Assembly: GCA_024278215.1 (NCBI GenBank)
Contig: JAJRTR010000133.1
Coordinates: 1-37,214, forward strand
Direction: 5' to 3'
Length of the DNA: 37,214 nucleotides
Origin: a bacterium
GTDB taxonomy: Bacteria > UBP15 > UBA6099 > JAJRTR01
Shown here: piece by piece, positions 27,103-35,146 of the stretch
How positions within the stretch are numbered: position 1 is the first letter of the stretch
How the letters are laid out: each line of letters begins with the position of its first letter
Translations under genes and position numbers: made by a program
The notes under the pieces: model-generated
Seen by the model: the letters and a program-made list of their open reading frames with translations, nothing else
Told to the model about the DNA's origin: nothing
Databases searched by the model: none

Positions 27103-28434
27103 TCACTCTGCAACTTTCTGTATCATCGCCTGATATCCATAGTGGGCGATAAGGTTGTCGAGAATAACCATGGCCATGACACTTTCCGCAACCGGCCATA
27201 TACGACCGACAATTGTGGGATCACGGCGCGTGATGGCCGAAAGCTGCGTGTTTTCCATCGTGTACTTATCCACAGTGTTTTGTTCTCTGTCGATAGTAGG
27301 CGTCGGCTTGACAGTGATGCGAGCGATAACCGGCTGACCTGTGGAAAGACCGCCTGTGATGCCGCCGGCGTTGTTCGAGTCGAACCTGATTTTGCCGTCT
27401 GCCGCGCTCATTCTGTCGTTGGAATCGTAACCTGTCATGTCTTTGACAGCCATGCCCGCGCCGACCTCGACTGCCTTCACGGCGCCAATGCTCATCAGTA
27501 TGCCTAGGTCGCCGTCGAGCTTGTGAAAAACGGGTTCACCTACTCCGGCAGGCAATCCGAGCGCCACAACTTCCACCTGTCCGCCTGACGAATCGCCTGT
27601 CTTTGTTATTTTATTGCATTCTTCCAGCATTTCATCCGCAATATCGGCATCAGGGCAGTTGATAACATGATGGACACCGTATTTATCCCTGATCACCGCC
27701 GGGTCGACCTCTCTCGCTTTTGCTCTGATGTCCTGTATTTCGTTTTCGATCTGTGCGAAGATCGCCATCTTTTCGAGGAAACGCTGTTCAGTGTTGATGC
27801 GCTCTTTTACGTATATTTCCTGGTAGAACGGGTCGTAGTCGCAACGATATTGTTTATACTGCTGATAAGATTCCCATGCTTTTTCCAGGTCTACGCTGTC
27901 GACTCGCACACCCGCAGCTTCCTTGATATAGGAGAAAACGCGGATGCCGCATTTTCCGAGAATGCGGCGGGCGACATGGCCCGCTGCGACAATAGTCGCA
28001 GTGTAGCGACCGCTGAAGAAGCCCGCGCCGATAGCGTCGTCGTCCGGGCCGTATTTGATAAAGGACGCATACGAAGCGTGGCCGGGGCGTGGTGTGCGGT
28101 TTGTATCCTGGTACTGTTTTATGTGAATAAAATGACGGTCCAGATTCGGTATCAACACGGTAAACGGCGTACCGTTGGTGTGTCCTTTGTTGTCTGCGCC
28201 CTCAATAGTATCCGCAGCATTTATCCCCGCATATATCACTGGCAGGTCTGGCTCGACGCGCGGTGATGAAAGCTCATCAGCACCGGGCTTGCGCAGCAGA
28301 AGGTCGGAATACAGTTCCTGCTCCGTTATCTTCATGCCGGGCGGCACTCCCTGTATCGTCGTATTCAGTCCGTCCTGGTAGGAGCCGCCGCCTACGGTCA
28401 CCTGAAATATTCGTCCGAAATGACATCCTATCAT
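27103..28434 (-). CDS. aroC: Chorismate synthase (AroC)-like protein, atypical
   Basis: AroC-fold motifs GVPPG, PR.EPD, T.GTP, RPGHA, VAAG, GDSSGG, P.G.GEPVF.KLD, SNNAGG..GG.STG, KPTPTI and DP..V.R. The signature FGESHG reads GGGSYQ, and there is a ~65-aa insertion. Confidence 0.8.
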   Translation of the reverse strand: MIGCHFGRIFQVTVGGGSYQDGLNTTIQGVPPGMKITEQELYSDLLLRKPGADELSSPRVEPDLPVIYAGINAADTIEGADNKGHTNGTPFTVLIPNLDRHFIHIKQYQDTNRTPRPGHASYASFIKYGPDDDAIGAGFFSGRYTATIVAAGHVARRILGKCGIRVFSYIKEAAGVRVDSVDLEKAWESYQQYKQYRCDYDPFYQEIYVKERINTEQRFLEKMAIFAQIENEIQDIRAKAREVDPAVIRDKYGVHHVINCPDADIADEMLEECNKITKTGDSSGGQVEVVALGLPAGVGEPVFHKLDGDLGILMSIGAVKAVEVGAGMAVKDMTGYDSNDRMSAADGKIRFDSNNAGGITGGLSTGQPVIARITVKPTPTIDREQNTVDKYTMENTQLSAITRRDPTIVGRIWPVAESVMAMVILDNLIAHYGYQAMIQKVAE

Positions 28435-28482
28435 GTCTTTGTGTCTCCTGTTCTCTGTTTTAACCCGGATTTCTCCCGATTT

Positions 28483-28508
28483 TTAACCCGCATTGGTGAA
28501 ATATGCGG
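28483..28508 (-). repeat. Family C hairpin repeat, copy 3 (inverted relative to copy 2)
   Basis: Minus strand CCGCATATTTCACCAATGCGGGTTAA, upstream of the aroC-like start codon. Confidence 0.7.
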
Positions 28509-28572
28509 TATAACACACGTGTATTATGTATAAAGAAGCGGTTTTCTGCAAGGGGACACATATACAGATGGA

Positions 28573-29499
28573 TCATGTATGTGTATGTGGAAAAACGAAC
28601 TTTCCGTATTTCTTAAGCAGCCTGGTCCTGACATTGCCGGCATAATATTCCAACTCCCGGAATGTGCCGTCCTGAAATAGTTCGACGGCAATACAATCTT
28701 CCTCGAAGCGGCTCCCGAAACTTGGAACCGTGAATATGTTTGCGCCCGGTATCGACTTCTTATCAATCAATTTAAGATGTGTGTGACCGTTGATAATTGT
28801 CAGACCTCCGCCCTCGTTTCTTTCCACATGTGCTTTTATGATATCTACGAACTCTTCTTTATCCTTCAACACATTTCCGTAATAAATCTCGAAACCGTTG
28901 AATATTTTTTTGTTGCCTGTTGCGTCATGATGAAGGAGGATGATTTTGTGTTTGCCTTTATATTCAGCAGTTGTGAGAAACCAGCGCAACATGTCGAGTT
29001 GCCGCATTCCGAGCTGTCCCATCGCTGATCGTGCAAGTGTCGAGTCGAGCCCGATGAGCGCGAAGCCCCTGCCGAGTTCACGAATATATGGAAAGTATTC
29101 TTTCGATGATTCAGGAGTATTCGTCTCATGCAGGAATTCGCGCATATACTTTTTAAAACGCCTCATGCGTACATTCCATGATTCCAGATTATTAAAGTTA
29201 GCTGTGTCGTGATTACCCGGAACGACGCAGAAGCGTTCAGGATCGCAACGATCGAGTACAGACATTACAGCTTCATATTGATCCGTCCGCCCGTTGTCTG
29301 TAAAATCGCCTGCGATAAGCACATAGTCGACAATCTTCAGGAAACGGCCCAGCAACTCCGCAAGGTCTTTCTGTATTTGCTCTGTGCTTTTAGCTTCGCC
29401 TACAATGCGGCTGAAAGCGAATGTTCTGCTGCCCACACAATGTATATCAGAAATAAGAAGCAGTTTGATAGAATCAATCTTTTCGGTCACATCAACCAT
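28573..29499 (-). CDS. Calcineurin-like metallophosphoesterase (CpdA/Icc-like)
   Basis: ISDIH, AGDFTD, PGNHD, LLHH and NGHTH motifs. The likely start is ATG 29499; the ORF track extends it to 29622. Confidence 0.85.
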   Translation of the reverse strand: MVDVTEKIDSIKLLLISDIHCVGSRTFAFSRIVGEAKSTEQIQKDLAELLGRFLKIVDYVLIAGDFTDNGRTDQYEAVMSVLDRCDPERFCVVPGNHDTANFNNLESWNVRMRRFKKYMREFLHETNTPESSKEYFPYIRELGRGFALIGLDSTLARSAMGQLGMRQLDMLRWFLTTAEYKGKHKIILLHHDATGNKKIFNGFEIYYGNVLKDKEEFVDIIKAHVERNEGGGLTIINGHTHLKLIDKKSIPGANIFTVPSFGSRFEEDCIAVELFQDGTFRELEYYAGNVRTRLLKKYGKFVFPHTHT

Positions 29500-29758
29500 C
29501 CTGAAGTTTATTAATCCACTTTTGAACAAAACGCAAAGTTCTGTCCATCCGCCGTCACAAATATTAGCATAAGATCGACACAACATAAAACGGGAATGGT
29601 TGCACTTCCTGTTTTTTGCCATGTATCGGGTCTTGTTGTGGAAAGCCTGTAGATATATAATTGCATAGTATCGGCAGTCGGCGATATAATCGACGGGCCT
29701 TCAACACCGTGCTGAACGGTATGGTGTATGTGCAATAGGCGCAAAGGGAGAACTTAAA

Positions 29759-30730
29759 ATGGACAATGTTCAAACAACAGTAGAAAAATCTTTCTGGATG
29801 TTAATAGAAGGAAAAATTCATGAGCTTGGTGATTCGGAATTCAGCGGAAGCGGAGAAAACGCCGTGAAAAAGATTGCCCTGGAAATAGACTCGAGCGGAC
29901 TCAATGTTTCTCTCAACGGAGGCCGTATGATCCAGCTGAGGACGGCAGTAAGAGAACGAATCAGGGTAGGCAGGCCGCTCTTGAAGGATATAACTGACGC
30001 GATAAACGCGCTTGCTCTCGAAGATATCGCGGATGCTTATGCCGCCATGATGGGTGTGACGGGCAAAGTGGGGCAGACATTTCCGGACTTCCGACAATCC
30101 GCCTACCGCCCCGATGTGCTCGCCATGGTCGAGAAAAAGAAACTCGATCTTCAGGTTGCAAAAGCAAAAAGTCTCGACGGCGACTCCGGGATACGATACT
30201 TGATCGGCGAAGGCATCGAAGATGAAATAATTATCGATTCGCTCGGCATCAATGATGAAAAACTCGCCGAAGTTAAAACCGCTATTGCCGCCGAACTTGC
30301 TGAAAAGAGACGGATTGAAAAACTGCTTGAAGCCGTCGGCGATAAAAGCGATGACGAAAAAGTGAAGCACCTCATAGACAACGATGTTGCCGATGAACAA
30401 ATAGTGAAAATCGGCGGCTTCGGTCGGGACATAATCGACAATGTCAAAAAAGCGATGGAAGAAGAGTTGAAAGAAAAACAGAGACTTGCCGATGAGGAAG
30501 CCGCCAGGAAAAAAGCGGAAGCGGAAGGCCCGCCCCTTGAAGATATTCCGGCAGATCAGATGCTCGAATACATAGAGACTATCAACGACATTCTCGATAT
30601 GACCGAAGTCGAGGCGGAGGTGCGACAGATGTGCGAACAGAGTTCAATCCCGAAATGCCTCATAGATGTTGCCGTCACGGATAGGGGAAAACTCGAAGAA
30701 CTCGAAAAACAGGCGGAAGACGCAAGCTGA
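29759..30730 (+). CDS. Acidic hypothetical protein with internal helical repeats
   Basis: 323-aa ORF with an RBS-like AAGGGAG upstream, E/D/K-rich, no recognised family motif. Confidence 0.8.
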   Translation: MDNVQTTVEKSFWMLIEGKIHELGDSEFSGSGENAVKKIALEIDSSGLNVSLNGGRMIQLRTAVRERIRVGRPLLKDITDAINALALEDIADAYAAMMGVTGKVGQTFPDFRQSAYRPDVLAMVEKKKLDLQVAKAKSLDGDSGIRYLIGEGIEDEIIIDSLGINDEKLAEVKTAIAAELAEKRRIEKLLEAVGDKSDDEKVKHLIDNDVADEQIVKIGGFGRDIIDNVKKAMEEELKEKQRLADEEAARKKAEAEGPPLEDIPADQMLEYIETINDILDMTEVEAEVRQMCEQSSIPKCLIDVAVTDRGKLEELEKQAEDAS

Positions 30731-30757
30731 ATCCCTTACGCACACATGATTTCAACA

Positions 30758-30894
30758 CCGGTGTATATGCCTGCGATACGGAAATACCGAACGGATAACA
30801 CCTCACAATGAGAGAGCCGTTCGCGCAATGAGCTTTCAACACAGCACACCCGATAGGCAGAGGCAAGCACCGGACCTCCCGGAGGTCTTTTTTT
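30758..30894 (+). promoter_or_regulatory. Candidate cis-regulatory RNA leader (riboswitch/attenuator-like) with a terminator and SD-sequestering hairpin
   Basis: CCGGTG(30758)/CACCGG(30868) and TGCCT/AGGCA close the region. An inner AACGG/CCGTT stem carries CTCA-CAA-TGAG. GACCTC-CCG-GAGGTC plus T7 lies immediately before ATG 30895. Confidence 0.55.
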
Positions 30895-31863
30895 ATGTCG
30901 CACATCCAGAATAAACTTGCACTGTGTCTGGCGTTATTGTCACTCTTTGTTTTTGCCCTTGCGTCCTGCACTGGTGAGAATCATGCAAATACCGACGGCG
31001 GCAATGCCGGCGCAAAAAATGCCCCGAAACGCATTGTGTCACTCGCTCCCAGCGTCACGGAAACATTGTTCCTGCTGGGACTCGACAAGGAAATAGTCGG
31101 AGTGTCGAGTTATTGCAACTACCCGCCTGCCGCGCTCGAACGTCCCCGGCTCGGCGGTCTGTATGATCCGAATCTTGAAAGTATTATTGCCCTCAAACCT
31201 GATCTTGTAATACTATTCCCAAGCCTCAGTGAAACCATCGGCGCTTCACTAAGGGCGATGGGCATAAAAACGCTTGCCAACGAAAACCAGACGCTTGAGG
31301 ATATCGAGCAGTCATTTATCACTATCGGTAATGCCGTCGGACACGTAAAAAAGGGCCGTGAGCTTGCCGAACAGTTCAGAACAGAAATAGAGCGCGCGAG
31401 AAAAAAATATGCAGGCAGGGAAACATCTGCAAAAGTTATGGTAGTGGTCGGTCGGAACCCCGGTACTATGCAGAGCATTTATGTCGCCGGCAAGAAGACG
31501 TTTTATAATGAAATATTGGAAATAATCGGCGCTTCGAATATCTTCGGCGACGTCGACATGAATTATCCGCAGCCTTCCATCGAAGAAATCATCACAAGAA
31601 ACCCGGACATTATCATCGAAGCAGCATCCGGACGCGCAGGCGAAAAAGACCTCACCCGTAACATTAAGAACGAATGGGCGCGGCTCGGGAATATCAGCGC
31701 GGTCGCAAATGACAGGATATATGTTTTTGTCGATCAGTACGTGTCGATCCCCGGCCCTCGAATTACGCTTCTACTGCATGATTTCGAAGAAGCGGTATAT
31801 GGAGACGAGCATGATGCGACGGATGAAGAAACCTCCGGCACGTCAGCTTTAAGGGATCATTGA
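30895..31863 (+). CDS. Helical-backbone metal/cobalamin ABC substrate-binding lipoprotein (BtuF-like)
   Basis: Lipobox LAS-C; PKRIVSLAPSVTETLF.LG, IVGVS.YCNYPP, PNLE.I.ALKPDLVI, G..NIF, S.EEII..NPDIII and PGPRI. Confidence 0.85.
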   Translation: MSHIQNKLALCLALLSLFVFALASCTGENHANTDGGNAGAKNAPKRIVSLAPSVTETLFLLGLDKEIVGVSSYCNYPPAALERPRLGGLYDPNLESIIALKPDLVILFPSLSETIGASLRAMGIKTLANENQTLEDIEQSFITIGNAVGHVKKGRELAEQFRTEIERARKKYAGRETSAKVMVVVGRNPGTMQSIYVAGKKTFYNEILEIIGASNIFGDVDMNYPQPSIEEIITRNPDIIIEAASGRAGEKDLTRNIKNEWARLGNISAVANDRIYVFVDQYVSIPGPRITLLLHDFEEAVYGDEHDATDEETSGTSALRDH

Positions 31864-31950
31864 ACAGAATGAGGCACAAAATATATAGAAAACTGTTGAC
31901 AGTTGCCGACCGGCGGTAATGTTCATAGCAACCGGGAGAGCAGAAACTCT

Positions 31951-32643
31951 ATGGAAAAAGCAGAGAGAGCCGTTGTTTTGCTGAGTGGAGGACTTGACTC
32001 CGCCACGACAACGGCAATTGCGAAAAGCGAAGGATACGAAATATATGCTATGTCCTTCGACTACGGCCAGAGACATCTGGTGGAGCTTGAAGCTGCAAAA
32101 AGATTGGCGGAATATTTCAATACCTGCAAACATCAGATAGTAAAAATTGATCTTCGGGCATTCGGCGGTTCCGCTTTAACCGGCGATATTGATGTGCCGA
32201 AAGACCGCACCGGTGATGACATGAGTGAAGGCATCCCGATTACTTATGTGCCGGCAAGAAATACTATTTTTCTCTCCTTCGCACTGGCCTGGGCGGAAGT
32301 TGAAGGCTGTGAAGATATCTTTATCGGCGTCAATGCGATTGACTACAGCGGTTACCCCGACTGCCGTCCCGAATATATAGCAGCCTTCGAGAACATGGCC
32401 AACCTTGCAACGAAGACGGCAGTTGAAGGCAAACAGAGAATAAGGATACACACGCCACTGATTTCGCTTACTAAAGCGGACATAATAAAAAAAGGTATAG
32501 CCCTTGGCGTCGACTACTCGATGACGTCGAGTTGCTATGACCCGGATATGCGGGGCCTTGCCTGCGGGCAGTGCGATTCGTGCCTGTTGCGAAAAAGAGG
32601 TTTTCTCGAAGCCGGGATTCCGGACCCGACAAAGTATGCTTAA
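31951..32643 (+). CDS. queC: 7-cyano-7-deazaguanine synthase
   Basis: [37 protein letters not shown] and SCY...CGQCDSC..R. The likely start is ATG 31951. Confidence 0.96.
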   Translation: MEKAERAVVLLSGGLDSATTTAIAKSEGYEIYAMSFDYGQRHLVELEAAKRLAEYFNTCKHQIVKIDLRAFGGSALTGDIDVPKDRTGDDMSEGIPITYVPARNTIFLSFALAWAEVEGCEDIFIGVNAIDYSGYPDCRPEYIAAFENMANLATKTAVEGKQRIRIHTPLISLTKADIIKKGIALGVDYSMTSSCYDPDMRGLACGQCDSCLLRKRGFLEAGIPDPTKYA

Positions 32644-32684
32644 TAATAGCTGGAGATAGTGATATTAACTTTTATAATAGAAAA

Positions 32685-32857
32685 GAGCCAATTGCAAAAT
32701 TATGTTCGTAGCGAGATCGAGCAAAATTGTTCAGAGCAAGGCGGAGGTGTAAAATCCTCGCATGCGTACTTGTAGAGCAAGGACGATTTTATGCCGATAA
32801 CGCAGCTATGGACAATAGCAACCGACCGTATCAGAATCAGAATTTTGCAATTGACTC
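32685..32857 (+). mobile_element. MITE family A copy 5 (173 bp, 5-bp internal deletion), target duplication AAAA
   Basis: GAGCCAATTGCAAAATT...AATTTTGCAATTGACTC; AAAA at 32681-32684 and 32858-32861. Confidence 0.86.
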
Positions 32858-32889
32858 AAAAGAATTAGTTGTTGCGAAAGTGTACGGAA

Positions 32890-34290
32890 ATGATAAAGAA
32901 ATTGGGAAAAGCGTTCAACAGACTCCTTATTAAGAATGCACGTGTGCTCGATGTCGAAAAAGGTGAGCTTTCGCCGCCGCAGAAGATTATCATTGAAAAA
33001 GGTATTATTCGGGAAACAGGCACAGAGGCCGAACCCGATTGTGATAGTATCGACCTCGATGGACTGACTCTTTCGCCCGGTCTCATCGACTGCCATGTAC
33101 ATATTCTCAGTCCGTATCTGACGGAACAAAAGGGTATACCGGGACTATGGACACTGAAACAGATGGAGCGCAACTGCCGGGCGACTCTTGCTGCCGGAGT
33201 GGTCTGTGTCTGCGATATGCTTTCACCGATAAAGATACTGAATCGTGTGCGCAGAAAGATCGAATCCGGCAATGTCGATGGACCGGACATCATAGCATCC
33301 GGCGGAATATTCAGCTGCGCGGGCGGTTACCCGGAAGCGATAAGTCCGGTGGCTGCTCCCATAGGCGCTGTAACCGGCCAGCCCAAGTATGAGCCCAGAA
33401 CTCCGGCGCAGGCGAAAAGACTTGTTAATTACCTTTATAACCTTGGCGCAGGCGTGATAAAAGTCGGCTACACACGATTGTCACGCCAACTCGTGGACGG
33501 CAGAACCCTTCCCGCTATCAGCGATGAGAACCTGCGTGCCGTTTGCAACGCCGCACACGAACTCGGGCTCAAAGTTCGCGTCCACCACAATTGGTCCGAG
33601 GACATGAACCATCTCATCACATTCGACATAGACACGCTCGAACACGGCGTCTACGACAGGACGTTGCTTGATGAAGAAATTCAGGATGTGAAAGAAAGCG
33701 GTGTGTCGATTGTCCCCACACTTACCATAAACGACAGCCAGGCACGATTCGAAGAAAAGCTCGGATTTCTCAAAAGCAACAGGGCGAAAGAATATTTCGA
33801 GCCGGAAGCGCTAAGGCATCTCACATGGGTTTGCTCGACATGGACAGACTTCAGTGGTGAGAGCTATGGCGGCTCGTTCGGCTACACACGTGCCAACCGC
33901 TACTGTTATGATGCCGAATTGAATAATACACGAAACCTTTTCGAGGCCGGTGTGAAACTGTATGCCGGAACAGACACCGGCGCGGTCGTAGCATGGCCGG
34001 GTGAACTCGCAGATGAATTGATCAGGCTCAACAGCATCGGCATGTCTCCCCTGCAGGCCGTCAGGGCCGCAACGGCAGAGGCCGCCGAACTGGTTGGCAG
34101 GCCGGACCTCGGCATCGTTAAAAATGGTAAAACCGCGTCGTTCACTGTTATCGAGGGCAATCCGCTTGACGACCTTTCGGCTTATAAGAAAGTAAGATAT
34201 GTCTGCAAGAGTGGAAAGTGGTACAAACCCCTGCACGATCAATTGCCCGATTTCTGGTCGGGTTACGATGTTCATTTCAAGCTTCGATAG
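32890..34290 (+). CDS. Metal-dependent amidohydrolase (Xaa-Pro dipeptidase/imidazolonepropionase-like superfamily)
   Basis: LLIKNARVLD, PGLIDCHVH, IKVG, VRVHH, LEHG, AGTD, A.RAAT..AA...G and GNPL. The likely start is ATG 32890. Confidence 0.88.
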   Translation: MIKKLGKAFNRLLIKNARVLDVEKGELSPPQKIIIEKGIIRETGTEAEPDCDSIDLDGLTLSPGLIDCHVHILSPYLTEQKGIPGLWTLKQMERNCRATLAAGVVCVCDMLSPIKILNRVRRKIESGNVDGPDIIASGGIFSCAGGYPEAISPVAAPIGAVTGQPKYEPRTPAQAKRLVNYLYNLGAGVIKVGYTRLSRQLVDGRTLPAISDENLRAVCNAAHELGLKVRVHHNWSEDMNHLITFDIDTLEHGVYDRTLLDEEIQDVKESGVSIVPTLTINDSQARFEEKLGFLKSNRAKEYFEPEALRHLTWVCSTWTDFSGESYGGSFGYTRANRYCYDAELNNTRNLFEAGVKLYAGTDTGAVVAWPGELADELIRLNSIGMSPLQAVRAATAEAAELVGRPDLGIVKNGKTASFTVIEGNPLDDLSAYKKVRYVCKSGKWYKPLHDQLPDFWSGYDVHFKLR

Positions 34291-34349
34291 TGTCGTGTCA
34301 CACTTGTAAATGCGCAACATGTGTATACAGTGGCCGGGGTCACCGTACC
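34288..34349 (+). mobile_element. Family B element, truncated copy 3
   Basis: TAGTGTCGTGTCACACTTGTAAATGCGCAACATGTGTA...GGGGTCACCGTACC matches the reverse complement of the 13095-13134 end of copy 2. It begins on the amidohydrolase TAG stop. Confidence 0.7.
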
Positions 34350-34449
34350 ATAAGCGCTCAAATAAGAATGGCCAATAAACTGGGTGCAGTATTTCTATTT
34401 GCAATGTTCGTTTTCTATTTCCTTCCATCAATTTTGTTTTAATATCGTT

Positions 34450-34644
34450 AACCCCTCCCTGCAATCCGTACCCGGCCTCAGCCCCGTCTCCATCGCCGCC
34501 ATCATCGCCGAAACAGGCGACATCAACCGCTTCGAAACCGTCAACAAATACATCGGCTACATCAGACTCTACTCCGTTCGCTTCCAGTCCGGCAAAACCG
34601 ACTTCTTCTCCCGCATGACACGAAAAGGCAACAAGCTCCTGAAG
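34450..34644 (+). pseudogene. IS110-family transposase fragment (C-terminal domain)
   Basis: LQSVPGLSPVSIAAIIAETGDINRF......GY..L.....QSG......RMTRKGNKLL is the typical IS110 C-terminal pattern; the N-terminal DEDD domain is missing. Confidence 0.8.
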
Positions 34645-34749
34645 GATACACGGCATTGGCGACGACATGTCCACCGCCCGCGAAAAATACGAAAACGACG
34701 GCGTCAAAGCCGATGGCATCAAACACAACAACAGCGCCGCCTGCGCCGA

Positions 34750-34945
34750 GAAATCGCAGGAGTGAGCATCCCAAAGATCACACAACCGAGAGCCGCAGGC
34801 TCGAAAATCCTTGAGGCCCTCGACATAAAACTGCCCACCCCCAGCGACGACATACGAAAAGTATCCACCACAACCAAACAAGCGCACAAATAAAAACGCC
34901 TTTGTATATCAGCATATTTCCAATATCACACTGTTCGTTCGGGGG
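34750..34945 (+). pseudogene. C-terminal fragment and end of a second transposase (IS1634-like)
   Basis: SIPKITQP.....KILEALDIKLP resembles the C-termini of IS1634/IS4-superfamily transposases. It is followed by a stop and a putative end sequence ...ACTGTTCGTTCGGGG. Confidence 0.4.
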
Positions 34946-35146
34946 GAATATCCGTTGTGAATGGTTGTTTTCTGCTTTTTATTTTATGACACCGTTTAAA
35001 GGGTGAATCACGAGGATGTATAATAATCAGATATTGTTTGCTTAATTCCATGGGGGACACGATTCGGAATCGAAGTGCGAAGTCAGGTCATGTCCACGGA
35101 ACTCCACAACGTCACTTCAGCTTACTGAAGTGTTACGTTTACTTTA

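Noticed and set aside
27670-27865. Intein in the AroC-like protein
   Set aside because: It is too short and lacks a C/S start with an HN-C/S/T end.
30731-30894. Canonical cobalamin riboswitch or 6S RNA
   Set aside because: The B12-box and other class I consensus elements are not visible, and it lacks the rod with central bubble of 6S. It is kept as an unclassified leader.
31895-31950. preQ1 riboswitch upstream of queC
   Set aside because: Only a weak CGGT/ACCG stem is present, without the A-rich 3' tail of preQ1-I; not supportable.
33811-34887. 358-aa minus-strand ORF
   Set aside because: It is antisense to the amidohydrolase and the IS fragments and has no motifs.
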